Shown: positions 18,159 through 26,972, numbered from the stretch's first letter. The stretch: DNA of 64,000 nt from Methylococcaceae bacterium (GCA_048595505.1 JBJPGG010000004.1:5683-69682); one strand, 5' to 3'. The notes: a model not told the origin generated them from the sequence alone. Numbers and translations: made by a program.

Positions 18159-19088
18159 TTAGTCAATTTTATCTGATACTTTGATAACTAAACTAACCCT
18201 ACGGTTTTTCTCCCTTCCTTGTTTGCTAGCGTTGTCTGCAATAGGCTTAGTGTCTCCATAGGTTATCGCTCTCAGACGGGATGCCACTAACTTTTGTGAT
18301 GATAGATAATGCAGAACGCTAGTTGCTCTCGCAGCCCCCAGTTCCCAGTTTGATGGAAATTTGGCTGTTTTTATAGGCCGGTTATCGGTATGTCCTTCTA
18401 TATAAATTAGTCCTGATGATTGGTCTAATAATGGAATGAGTTTTTTTAATAAGGCCTCACCTGCGTTTAATAGAATCGCATCAGATGATTTAAATAGAAT
18501 GTTGTCTTGAATTTCAAGTTGAGCATACCCAAGGGATACTTTCATATTTACTGCATCAATAAGTCCTAAATCTTCAATCGTTTTGTTCAGTTGCTGTTGT
18601 ATTGTTTGCTCTTTTGGCTGCTGGTTTTGTTGTTGGTCTATAGGATTTGGTTCGACATATTCTTTCTCTTTCTTGTTATCTTCTTCTAAATCGATTATGT
18701 GTTCTTTTTTTATTGGTGGTAATTCCGTATCTTCGATAGCATGTGGTTGCTGTTGTTCGAGGGGAGGTGTTTCTATGGTTAAGGATTGCAGGTCTTTACT
18801 AGCTTGTTTACTTGGTTCGTTGAGAATTGGCACTATTTCATTGACGATAGTTGAACTACTGTTTTTTAGGGACGCAGATGTTTTTATTGGTTTTTTAGAG
18901 GAGGCAGTGTATTTGTTTTGTTGCTCATCCTCTAAATCATTAAGGGCCATTAATGTGATAACCAGCATGATAATTAAAACAAAAACATCAATATAGGTTA
19001 ATAGCCAGTTTTGTTGATGCTGGTGGGGTTGTTGATATAGTTCTTCAATAGCCAAGGACGCTTGGTATTTGTTGTAAGAACTGTTCAT
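18159..19088 (-). CDS. MotB/OmpA-family stator-like protein with a long Gln/Glu/Pro-rich linker
   Basis: 309 aa. The single TM segment carries the conserved Asp (WLLTYIDVFVLII). The C-terminal OmpA-like peptidoglycan-binding domain reads GHTDNRPIKTAKFPSNWELGAARATSVLHYL...RRVSLVI. A 4-nt ATGA overlap links it to the upstream motA-like gene. Confidence 0.8.
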   Translation of the reverse strand: MNSSYNKYQASLAIEELYQQPHQHQQNWLLTYIDVFVLIIMLVITLMALNDLEDEQQNKYTASSKKPIKTSASLKNSSSTIVNEIVPILNEPSKQASKDLQSLTIETPPLEQQQPHAIEDTELPPIKKEHIIDLEEDNKKEKEYVEPNPIDQQQNQQPKEQTIQQQLNKTIEDLGLIDAVNMKVSLGYAQLEIQDNILFKSSDAILLNAGEALLKKLIPLLDQSSGLIYIEGHTDNRPIKTAKFPSNWELGAARATSVLHYLSSQKLVASRLRAITYGDTKPIADNASKQGREKNRRVSLVIKVSDKID

Positions 19089-20005
19089 TTAATGTCCATG
19101 GTTTCCAATTCGTTGTCATAATTAGCGATGAACGAATTGAGTGTTTCCCTAACAAAAGAAGGTGTACGGCGATCAGCAATGAGAGTTATGCCTTCCATTA
19201 CCATGCTCATAATCATAATACGTTGTTCAGTTCTTCTTTCCAGTTTGACTGCAATGGGATTAAACACTAGGTTGGCAAGCAATAAACCATAAAACGTTGT
19301 AACCAGTGCAATTGCCATGTTAGATGTAATTGAATTGATATCTTTAATTTCTATGATTTCTAGCATATTAATGAGTCCAACTAAAGTGCCTAGCATGCCA
19401 AATGCGGGTGCGTAGGACGAGAGGCTATAAAAAATATTTGATTCGGCTCTTTCTTTGGCTCGTAAACGAGCAATTCTCCATTTTAGTAAAGCAAGAATGT
19501 CATCTGTTGGTGTTTTATCAACAATGAGTTGGAATCCTGTTTTTAAATAGGGATTGTTGATTGAATCAATGATATTTTCGATAGCAATAGAGTCACGTTG
19601 AAACCACATTTTTGCTACAACAATAATCTCATCAGCTTCTTTTTGTGGATTTAGGCTTTCATAAAAGAAAATGAGTTTGATTGATCTAAATCCTTGTTTT
19701 ATATCTCTTAACGGATAGCTAAGGAATGTTGCTGCAACTGTACCGGCAATGACAATTACCATTCCAGGGAAATTAAGAAAAGTTAAAGGGTTATTAGCAG
19801 CATAAAGAATTATAAAAAATAAAAGTAATATACTAAGAATAATGCCTAGAGCAGTAGAATAGTTAACGGTATTTTTTTTTAGATAGAGAGAATGTAACCA
19901 GCTATTTTTGTTCATACCTATGATAATAGCAAAACTACTTAAAAATATTAAAGAATAATGATAAAGGTTATAACAATAGTTGATGTGTGGCGAGTTTTTT
20001 GTCAA
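19085..20005 (-). CDS. MotA/PomA (MotA/TolQ/ExbB) proton-channel family protein
   Basis: The C-terminal half APAFGMLGTLVGLINML...MAIALVTTFYGLLLANLVFNPIAVKL is typical of MotA/PomA. The track ORF starts at TTG 20005, but the internal ATG at 19915 (MNKNSWLH...) is a plausible true start. Confidence 0.8.
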   Translation of the reverse strand: MTKNSPHINYCYNLYHYSLIFLSSFAIIIGMNKNSWLHSLYLKKNTVNYSTALGIILSILLLFFIILYAANNPLTFLNFPGMVIVIAGTVAATFLSYPLRDIKQGFRSIKLIFFYESLNPQKEADEIIVVAKMWFQRDSIAIENIIDSINNPYLKTGFQLIVDKTPTDDILALLKWRIARLRAKERAESNIFYSLSSYAPAFGMLGTLVGLINMLEIIEIKDINSITSNMAIALVTTFYGLLLANLVFNPIAVKLERRTEQRIMIMSMVMEGITLIADRRTPSFVRETLNSFIANYDNELETMDIK

Positions 20006-20230
20006 ACTATGATGTTAGCCATAAAAAATAGTTTAATGTATAAAAAGATTTATTTTTGAGTGGTTTTTGCAAGCACACAGAGTAAAGTTACAAATTTTTG
20101 CTCTTATAATGTTTGGTAAATATGACTTTTAAAGGACTTTCCTTGCTTGTTTTAGGATGTCTCGTTTCTGCACCCTAAAAAAAGGAAGAATTGAAAATGT
20201 TGGTTGTTATATCAAAAAAGGTAAGTTAGG

Positions 20231-20875
20231 ATGATTAAAGTTTTACTGGTTGATGATCACGAATTAGTAAGAACAGGAATTGAGTCTTTACTTAATTCTG
20301 AAGATGATATTACTGTTGTAGGTGTTACCGGTAGTGGCGAAAATGCATTGGAGATTCTAGATGATATTTCTCCTGATGTTATCTTGATGGATATTAATAT
20401 GCCTGGGATTGGTGGTGTAGAAGCATGTAGGCGCGTGTTGCAACGGAGTCCAGAGATGAAAATTATTGCTTTATCTGTTCATAATGATGGGCTTATACCT
20501 CAGCAGTTGCTAAAGTTAGGTGCAGTGGGCTTTATTTCAAAAGGATCACCTGTCAATGAAATGGTTAGTGCAATTCGAGCGGTAATAGAGGGCAAACGTT
20601 TTTTATGTTCTGAGGTAGCAAATAATCTAGCTTTTCAGAGTTTGCCTGGAGAGGGTGGGTCGCCATTTGCTAAGCTTTCGCAAAGAGAGTCAGAAGTGGT
20701 TAATTTGATATTGCAAGGAAATAGTATCAAAGAAATGTCGGAACTTTTGGTTTTAAGTGATAAAACGGTGAATACTTATCGTTATCGATTGTATGAGAAA
20801 TTAAAAGTGAAAAATGATGTGGAATTAACTCGATTAGCGATTAAGTTTGATCATATTGATAGTGGTTTAATCTAG
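20231..20875 (+). CDS. gacA: Two-component response regulator, NarL/FixJ family, GacA/UvrY-like
   Basis: 214 aa. MIKVLLVDDHELVRTGI..., VILMDINMPGIGG and the LuxR HTH (LSQRESEVVNLILQGNSIKEMSELLVLSDKTVNTYRYRLYEKL...ELTRLAI) are collinear with E. coli UvrY as recalled. Confidence 0.8.
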   Translation: MIKVLLVDDHELVRTGIESLLNSEDDITVVGVTGSGENALEILDDISPDVILMDINMPGIGGVEACRRVLQRSPEMKIIALSVHNDGLIPQQLLKLGAVGFISKGSPVNEMVSAIRAVIEGKRFLCSEVANNLAFQSLPGEGGSPFAKLSQRESEVVNLILQGNSIKEMSELLVLSDKTVNTYRYRLYEKLKVKNDVELTRLAIKFDHIDSGLI

Positions 20876-21052
20876 GAGTATGCACGAGATAACTTGAACA
20901 ATTTACTTGTGTTTCTCTTGAATACAAACAAAAATATTGCGCCAGCGTAACGGTGTGTCCAACTTATTCCGTACGCGTTTCTTACTATAAGGCAACGCGC
21001 AACTTGGGTGGATCATGTATTGCACGCTACCTATGCTGGATAAAGAAAGTTG

Positions 21053-21958
21053 TTATGTTTCTGACAGTATTTCTTGAGCCTTGATAAAGGCATCTCTAAA
21101 ATCTAGATATACCGGCTTAGCTGATTCTAGCGTTAATTCTAATAATTTATGCTGTAATTTGTACTTAATATTACCAACAGCCAGTGCTCCTATACCAATA
21201 GCTCCTTTTGGAGCATCAAGAGATATACCGTCATCGTTAGCACCTATACCTGCAATTCCGGCAGGTGGAACAGCATTAACATCCCCTGCAACTTTAAGTT
21301 GCTTTGCTTGAGCAAGAACTTCAGCGCTTAATACTTGAATACCGGCCTTAGCCGTACAAAATATGATGTCAGCATCTGCTATTAATAATGCTTTTTCTTC
21401 ATCTGAGCCAGCTATAGCACCGGTTAGGGTGCTTTGACAGCGACGATTGTATTCTTTTGCTGCATCCTCAGCGGTATCAATAGACATATGATCCACTAGG
21501 GCGGTCGATGCACCAGCAAGTGAAGCAATGACCCCAGTTGCAATTCCGACGGGACCCGTGCCGCCAAAAACAAGAGCTTTACAGTCTTTTAACTCTTTAC
21601 CATGCTTGGTTTTCAGTTCTTTTTCTACACAGGCAACTAAAGCTGCTGCAGTAGTAAATGCACCGCTTGGGTCTGCAAGCACTGAAACTTCAAATGGCGG
21701 AACCATAGCCTGTTTAGCACTATTCATCATATCCATTGCCATTCCCATGTCCCTACCTCCGATAAAGATACCGGTTCGTTTAATACCTGATGGGCTGCGC
21801 GAAAAGATAGTGTCCTGTGTTAGGCCGTGGATACTGTCAAGTTTTACATTGTTATACGGTATCAGTACATCAAACCCTGTGTCTAGCGCCATGTTAATAT
21901 CAAAAGGGCTATTGTTTGGCATAGGGTCAAACATATGTAGAATACTACGTTTGGGCAT
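21053..21958 (-). CDS. mtdB: NAD(P)-dependent methylene-tetrahydromethanopterin dehydrogenase, MtdB-like
   Basis: 301 aa. MPKRSILHMFDP...SPFDINMALDTGF, ADPSGAFTTAAA, GGTGPVG, DVNAVPPAGIAGI and LDFRDAF resemble Methylobacterium MtdB as recalled. Confidence 0.8.
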   Translation of the reverse strand: MPKRSILHMFDPMPNNSPFDINMALDTGFDVLIPYNNVKLDSIHGLTQDTIFSRSPSGIKRTGIFIGGRDMGMAMDMMNSAKQAMVPPFEVSVLADPSGAFTTAAALVACVEKELKTKHGKELKDCKALVFGGTGPVGIATGVIASLAGASTALVDHMSIDTAEDAAKEYNRRCQSTLTGAIAGSDEEKALLIADADIIFCTAKAGIQVLSAEVLAQAKQLKVAGDVNAVPPAGIAGIGANDDGISLDAPKGAIGIGALAVGNIKYKLQHKLLELTLESAKPVYLDFRDAFIKAQEILSET

Positions 21959-21967
21959 TTTACTTCC

Positions 21968-22876
21968 TTATTTGGATGAATTTATGATATCTCTAGCTAC
22001 TTCAAATGCATGTTCAAAATGTATGAAAACAGGTTTTTCAGCTCCAATCATTTCCTTTAATAAGCGACTTTGAGTTTGATATTTAATATTACCAATTGCC
22101 AAAGCGCCTAAACCTACGGCTCCACTTGTGCTGCCAGGTAATACTTTGCCATTATCAAATGCATCGAGACCTACAATTCCAGATGGGGGAACTGCATTAA
22201 TATCTGCGGCCACTTTAAGTTGTGATGCAGATGCGATATGCTCTGCATTAAGTAGCTCAATGCCTGCAGCACCGGTAGAAAAAACAATATCGGCTGTTTT
22301 AATGTAGTCGCCTTTATCCGTATCGACTCCTGCTTGAATGTTGATTTTTCCTTCGCCAAATTCATCGTTACATAGGTTGGTAACTCGTTGAGCCTTATCC
22401 AGTTGCCTACCAATAATTCTAACATTTGCTCCAGCTTGAGCGGCAAGAACAGCAGCAGCTTGGCCAACGGGCCCCGTCCCCCCTAGGGCTAATAAGGTTT
22501 TTCCTTTCAGAGTCGTGTTGAATTTATCAGCAAGTTCTTTTTCAACGGCAGCAACCATTCCCGCTGCAGTGGTGAAGGCTCCACTAGGATCAGCAAAAAC
22601 TGAAACTTCGAAGGGAGAGAACATAGCGTTTTTTGCTGCTTTCAGCATATCTCTAGCTTGTTTGGTGTCTCGGCCTCCGATAAATATTCCGGTACTTTTT
22701 AGACCTTTGGGGCTACGGGAGAAAATAACATCCTGAATTAACCCTTTAACTTCACTTGGCTCTACATTGATATAAGGTATAGCGGCTACCCATCCCGCAT
22801 CCATTGCCATATTGACATCAAATGGACTTAAGTTTTTGGCAGTGGTTAGCATATGTAAAATAAATGATTTTTCCAT
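21968..22876 (-). CDS. Second MtdB/MtdC-family methylene-H4MPT dehydrogenase paralogue
   Basis: The motif series matches the neighbouring gene (SFILHML...SPFDVNMAMDAGW, ADPSGAFTTAAG, GGTGPVG, DINAVPPSGIVGL). The start is taken at ATG 22876 (MEKSFILHML); the track ORF extends 10 codons further to 22906. Confidence 0.8.
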   Translation of the reverse strand: MEKSFILHMLTTAKNLSPFDVNMAMDAGWVAAIPYINVEPSEVKGLIQDVIFSRSPKGLKSTGIFIGGRDTKQARDMLKAAKNAMFSPFEVSVFADPSGAFTTAAGMVAAVEKELADKFNTTLKGKTLLALGGTGPVGQAAAVLAAQAGANVRIIGRQLDKAQRVTNLCNDEFGEGKINIQAGVDTDKGDYIKTADIVFSTGAAGIELLNAEHIASASQLKVAADINAVPPSGIVGLDAFDNGKVLPGSTSGAVGLGALAIGNIKYQTQSRLLKEMIGAEKPVFIHFEHAFEVARDIINSSK

Positions 22877-22953
22877 GGTTGTCTCTAGAGTTAGTAGGCT
22901 AGTCAATAATTATAAAAGAATTATGAGTAAGATTATAGTTTATACTTCGCATG

Positions 22954-23091
22954 GCCACGGTTACGAATTTCAAACGGTTGATTTTATGCCGATAGCTGCG
23001 TTGCTGAAACAGTTACGTAGCATGCTATGAGCCTATTTCAGCGATTTGCTCTCGACAAAAATCAACGTGCTATAAATTCCGCCCCCGTGGC
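22954..23091. repeat. 138-nt imperfect palindrome (MITE-like or cruciform element) in the divergent mtd / icd promoter region
   Basis: The symmetry centre is the perfect palindrome TAGCATGCTA (23018-23027). Mirrored blocks are GCTGAAA (23003-23009)/TTTCAGC (23036-23042), GTTGATTTT (22977-22985)/AAAATCAAC (23058-23066; 1-nt arm offset) and GCCACGG (22954-22960)/CCGTGGC (23085-23091). Confidence 0.65.
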
Positions 23092-23178
23092 TGTGAGAAG
23101 TATAAGCGCATTGAGTTCAGCAAAAAATACTTAGTTTGTGTATGATTTACTCTATTTTATTAGTTGGAGAATTTGATA

Positions 23179-24186
23179 ATGCATAATGTTACATTAATTA
23201 AAGGAGATGGTATTGGCCCTTCTATTATGGAGGCGGCTGTCAAAATTATTGATGCAACGGGTGTGAAAATAAACTGGGAAGAGGCAGATGCAGGGATGGC
23301 AGCATTCGATAAACTGGGTACGCCTATTCCAGATGAAACTTTAGCGTCTATTGAGAAAAACAGAATTGCATTTAAGGGGCCGTTGACCACGCCTGTCGGT
23401 GGAGGCTTTAGAAGTATTAATGTGGCATTACGTCAGGAATATGATCTGTATGCCAATGTGCGTCCTGCTAAGACATGGAATGGCGCGCAAACCAAGTATG
23501 AAAATGTTGATATTGTCGTGGTAAGAGAGAATACCGAAGGATTGTATTTGGGACTTGAGCACTATTTAACTCGGCAGAAAGATGTTGCTGAAAGTTTGGC
23601 TGTTATTACTAAGGAAGGGTCAGAGCGTATTGTGGAATATGCGTTTAAATATGCGAAAGAAAATGAGCGTAAAAAAGTCACTGTCTGCCATAAAGCCAAT
23701 ATATTAAAGTATACATCGGGTTTGTTTTTAGATACAGCAAGAGACGTCGCTAAAAAACATCCAGAGATAGAATTTGAAGAGATGATTGTCGATGCAGCAT
23801 GTATGCATCTGGTAATGAACCCGCAAAAGTTTGATGTGATAGTAACGACCAATATGTTTGGTGATATTTTGTCTGATTTAACTGCCGGTTTAGTCGGTGG
23901 TTTAGGGTTGATTCCAGGTGCAAATATTGGGGCAGATGCTGCGTTGTTTGAAGCCGTTCATGGTAGTGCGCCGGATATTACAGGAAAAAACATTGCAAAC
24001 CCAACTGCTGTGATTATGGCTGGTGTGATGATGTTAAATCACTTGGGTGAAACAGAAGCTGCAAACAAAATTAAAGTAGCTGTAGAGAAGATTATTGAAG
24101 AGGGTGAGTTTGTAACACCGGATTTAAAACCGGGATCTAAAATAGGCACTGTTGAAATGGGTGATGCAATTATTGCAGCGCTATAG
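23179..24186 (+). CDS. icd: Isocitrate dehydrogenase, small (about 335 aa) NAD-type of the isocitrate/isopropylmalate dehydrogenase family
   Basis: MHNVTLIKGDGIGP..., GGGFRSINVALRQEYDLYANVRP and NMFGDILSDL are present. The start is taken at ATG 23179, with GGAG 10 nt upstream; the track ORF starts at TTG 23164. Confidence 0.8.
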   Translation: MHNVTLIKGDGIGPSIMEAAVKIIDATGVKINWEEADAGMAAFDKLGTPIPDETLASIEKNRIAFKGPLTTPVGGGFRSINVALRQEYDLYANVRPAKTWNGAQTKYENVDIVVVRENTEGLYLGLEHYLTRQKDVAESLAVITKEGSERIVEYAFKYAKENERKKVTVCHKANILKYTSGLFLDTARDVAKKHPEIEFEEMIVDAACMHLVMNPQKFDVIVTTNMFGDILSDLTAGLVGGLGLIPGANIGADAALFEAVHGSAPDITGKNIANPTAVIMAGVMMLNHLGETEAANKIKVAVEKIIEEGEFVTPDLKPGSKIGTVEMGDAIIAAL

Positions 24187-24243
24187 TAATCGTTTTCAGG
24201 CTGTTTACGCTATACAGTAAATTCCCTGTTGGCACGGTTGTTT

Positions 24244-24858
24244 ATGATAGAAAAGCAGCAGCAACGCTGTAAAGCTTACCAAGCTAGAAATGCACAAGTA
24301 GATAAAGAAAAATTGAGTGAAATTATTTGTAAAAATTTTGTTACTCAATCAGCCTATCAGCAAGCAGATACAGTTATGTGGTATCTGCATTGTAGATCAG
24401 AAGTAAGGACATTAGATGTTGTGCGTGCAGAGCTTAATAGACCTAAAAAAGTAGTTATTCCCTATTGTACGACTGATCAGTCTGGACAAAATGAACTGGG
24501 TTTATGGTGGCTTGAAGACCTGTCTGAATTAATTCCGGGAACATGGGGGATTTTAGAGCCCCCAAAATCTAGATGGACAGAGAAAAACAAGGCCGTATTG
24601 CCTCAACAGTTGGATTTAGTTATGGTTCCTGGTGTTGCCTTTGATAGACGTGGCGGAAGGTTAGGAAATGGTGCTGGATATTACGACAGGTTATTACAGC
24701 AAGTCAGGTCTGATTGCGTATTAACCGCGGTTTGTTTTGAATCGCAAATCGTTGACTCAGTGCTTATGGAAAAACATGATGTGTATATGGATAACGTTTT
24801 AACTGAACACAAAAATTATAAAGCAAAAGAAAATGGACTTGAATTCAGTAAAACATAA
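24244..24858 (+). CDS. 5-formyltetrahydrofolate cyclo-ligase (MTHFS) family protein
   Basis: Signature VPGVAFDRRGGRLGNGAGYYDRLL and the C-terminal HDVYMDNVLTE. ATG 24244 is preferred over TTG 24229. Its 3' end overlaps the next gene by 26 nt. Confidence 0.8.
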   Translation: MIEKQQQRCKAYQARNAQVDKEKLSEIICKNFVTQSAYQQADTVMWYLHCRSEVRTLDVVRAELNRPKKVVIPYCTTDQSGQNELGLWWLEDLSELIPGTWGILEPPKSRWTEKNKAVLPQQLDLVMVPGVAFDRRGGRLGNGAGYYDRLLQQVRSDCVLTAVCFESQIVDSVLMEKHDVYMDNVLTEHKNYKAKENGLEFSKT

Positions 24859-25966
24859 CCTGGATTCAACACCTGCCTATGTATTTGATAGAGATAAAAT
24901 TGTTCATAATTTAACGCAGTTAGTTGAGCTGAAAAAACAGGCCGGTTGTCAGGTTTTATATTCTATTAAAGCCTTACCCCTGGAGTTTGTGTTGAAGCTG
25001 GCTAAAGAATATTTGGACGGTTTGTCTGTGAGTTCCTTATTTGAGGCACGGATAGCAAAAGAGGTTTTGGCTGACTCTGGAACGATACATATCACCACAC
25101 CCGGGTTAAGGGATGATGAATTTAAACAGGTAGCTGAAATTTGCACACATGTTAGTTTTAATTCAATCAACCAATATCAACGACTGAATAGTTTTGAAAT
25201 AGCGGATTGTTCGCTGGGGTTAAGAGTAAACCCTAAGCTTTCCTTTGCAGTTGATCCCCGATTTGATCCTTGTCGCAGTTATTCCAAATTAGGTGTAGAT
25301 ATAGAGTCTATAGACGATAGTTTTGAAAATATAGAGGGTTTGCATTTTCATACTGTATTTTCCAATACAGATTATTTACCTTTAGAAAAAACAGTTGAGC
25401 TGCTCAAGCACAAACTAGGTTTGAAACTAGCTCATTTGAAATGGCTGAATTTAGGGGGAGGTTATCTTTTTAGTCAAATTAATCAGCAGCAACCCTTTAT
25501 TAAGTTAGTAAAACAATTAACTGTCGACTTTGACTTTGAGGTATATATAGAGCCAGGAAAGACCATTGTGGATGATGCTGGTTACTTGGTAACCACTGTG
25601 ATTGACTGTTTCAACAGTGATGGAAAAAGTATTGCTGTGCTGGATACTTCAGTTAATCATAATCCTGAGGTTTTTGAATATCAGAATAAGCCTGAATTGT
25701 TGGAAGCAAGTGCCAAAGGCCAATATTCATGTGTATTGGTAGGCTCAAGCTGTTTGGCAGGTGATTTGTTTGGTGAATATCAGTTTTTAACAATGCCTAA
25801 GGTAGGTGATAGACTGGTTTTTTCCTATGTGGGTGCTTACAGTCTGGTTAAGGCAAATCGCTTTAATGGCTATAATTTACCTGATATTTATTTAGTAGAT
25901 AAAGAAAATCATATAACAGCTGTTAAACAAAGTAATTACCAACATTATCGAGAACAATGGAGATAG
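24833..25966 (+). CDS. PLP-dependent decarboxylase of the carboxynorspermidine decarboxylase (NspC) / Orn-DAP-Arg decarboxylase fold
   Basis: 377 aa, collinear with Vibrio NspC as recalled (SSLFEARIAKE, GLRVNP, SKLG, GLHFHT, LNLGGGY, YIEPGK, GSSCLAGDLFGEY, GAYSLVKANRFNG). No carboxynorspermidine dehydrogenase gene is nearby. Confidence 0.7.
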   Translation: MDLNSVKHNLDSTPAYVFDRDKIVHNLTQLVELKKQAGCQVLYSIKALPLEFVLKLAKEYLDGLSVSSLFEARIAKEVLADSGTIHITTPGLRDDEFKQVAEICTHVSFNSINQYQRLNSFEIADCSLGLRVNPKLSFAVDPRFDPCRSYSKLGVDIESIDDSFENIEGLHFHTVFSNTDYLPLEKTVELLKHKLGLKLAHLKWLNLGGGYLFSQINQQQPFIKLVKQLTVDFDFEVYIEPGKTIVDDAGYLVTTVIDCFNSDGKSIAVLDTSVNHNPEVFEYQNKPELLEASAKGQYSCVLVGSSCLAGDLFGEYQFLTMPKVGDRLVFSYVGAYSLVKANRFNGYNLPDIYLVDKENHITAVKQSNYQHYREQWR

Positions 25967-25970
25967 ATAC

Positions 25971-26972
25971 GTGAAAGCTATTTTAATGACGGATAAAGGT
26001 GCGCCCGATGTTCTGCAATATACTGATATTGAAGAACCGGAGGTCACTAAAGCCCGAGAAGTGAAAGTTAAGATAAAGGCTGCAGGGATAAATCCCATAG
26101 ATACCAAAGTTCGTAAAAATGGCGGCTTTTATCAGCAGCCTTTACCTACTGTTTTAGGTTGTGATGGGGCGGGAGAAATTGTTGAAGTCGGTGGCCAGGT
26201 CACGGAGTTTAAAGTAGGCGATGAGGTTTGGTTTTGCAATGGAGGTTTAGGTAGGGAACAGGGAAACTATGCTGAATATACAGTAATCGACAGTCGTTGG
26301 ATAAGTTTGAAACCAAGGCGTAGTACGTTTATTGAAGCAGCAGCAATGCCTTTGATTTTAATTACGGCATGGAGGGCTTTATTTGATAAAGGTGAATTAC
26401 AAGCAGGACAAACAGTTTTAATACATGCAGGTGCGGGTGGAGTTGGACATGTGGCTATACAATTAGCAAAATTAAAGGGTGCTAAGGTGATAACTACCGT
26501 TAGTTCTGAAGAAAAAGCTGAGTTTGTCAGCTCTTTGGGAGCTGACCATATTATTATATATTCAGCGGACGGTTTTGTTGAGGAGCTTAATCGCTTGACC
26601 GAAGGACAGGGTGCAGACCTGGTGATTGATACGGTGGGGGGCGATGTTTTTAAACACAGCATGGCAGCAACAGCGTATTTTGGTCGTTTAATTACTTTGT
26701 TGGATCCAGGTGCACTGTCTTTGACGGAAGCTAGAGTGAGAAATCTATTAATTGGTTTTGAACTGATGTTGACCCCGATGCTGAAAGATTTGGATGGTGC
26801 TAGAGATGAACATGTGCAGATCTTAAGGCAGTGCGCTGAATGGGTAGATGAAGGGATTTTAAACGTTCATATTTCAGAAGTTCTGTTATTGCAAAATGCT
26901 GCTTTGGCTCATTCCAAGATAGAGCAAGGCCATACTATGGGGAAAATAGTATTGGAAGTGGAACATGCATGA
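25971..26972 (+). CDS. Zinc-type alcohol dehydrogenase-like / NADPH:quinone oxidoreductase family protein
   Basis: 333 aa with a GTG start. It has KIKAAGINPIDTKVR and the Rossmann motif HAGAGGVGHVAIQLAK. Confidence 0.85.
   Translation: MKAILMTDKGAPDVLQYTDIEEPEVTKAREVKVKIKAAGINPIDTKVRKNGGFYQQPLPTVLGCDGAGEIVEVGGQVTEFKVGDEVWFCNGGLGREQGNYAEYTVIDSRWISLKPRRSTFIEAAAMPLILITAWRALFDKGELQAGQTVLIHAGAGGVGHVAIQLAKLKGAKVITTVSSEEKAEFVSSLGADHIIIYSADGFVEELNRLTEGQGADLVIDTVGGDVFKHSMAATAYFGRLITLLDPGALSLTEARVRNLLIGFELMLTPMLKDLDGARDEHVQILRQCAEWVDEGILNVHISEVLLLQNAALAHSKIEQGHTMGKIVLEVEHA

Noticed and set aside
18583-18996. Cys-rich 137-aa ORF on the plus strand
   Set aside because: It is the antisense reading of the CAA/CAG (Gln)-rich linker of the motB-like gene (TTG/CTG/TGC codons). 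It is an artefact.
18159-20005. The MotA/MotB-like pair considered as ZorA/ZorB of a Zorya anti-phage system
   Set aside because: As recalled, ZorA proteins are several hundred residues longer and carry a long C-terminal tail. This MotA-like protein is only about 276-306 aa. No ZorC/ZorD-like or other defence genes are adjacent, and the neighbours are ppiD and gacA.
20930-21040. Possible third copy of the 49-nt element or of the palindrome in the gacA / mtdB convergent spacer (contains CTTGGGTGG)
   Set aside because: Similarity is limited to a 9-mer plus short local inverted repeats. No extended alignment could be made by eye.
21081-23030. ORFs 21081-21311, 21528-22073, 22171-22467, 22515-22736 and 22812-23030
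   Set aside because: All lie antisense to or within the two well-supported mtd genes, or run across the 138-nt palindrome. None shows a recognisable motif.
24187-24243. 6S RNA (ssrS) expected upstream of a 5-formyl-THF cyclo-ligase gene, as in the E. coli ssrS-ygfA operon
   Set aside because: Only about 57 nt separate the icd stop from the 5-FCL ATG, which is far too short for a ~180-nt 6S RNA. No 6S-like long duplex was seen.
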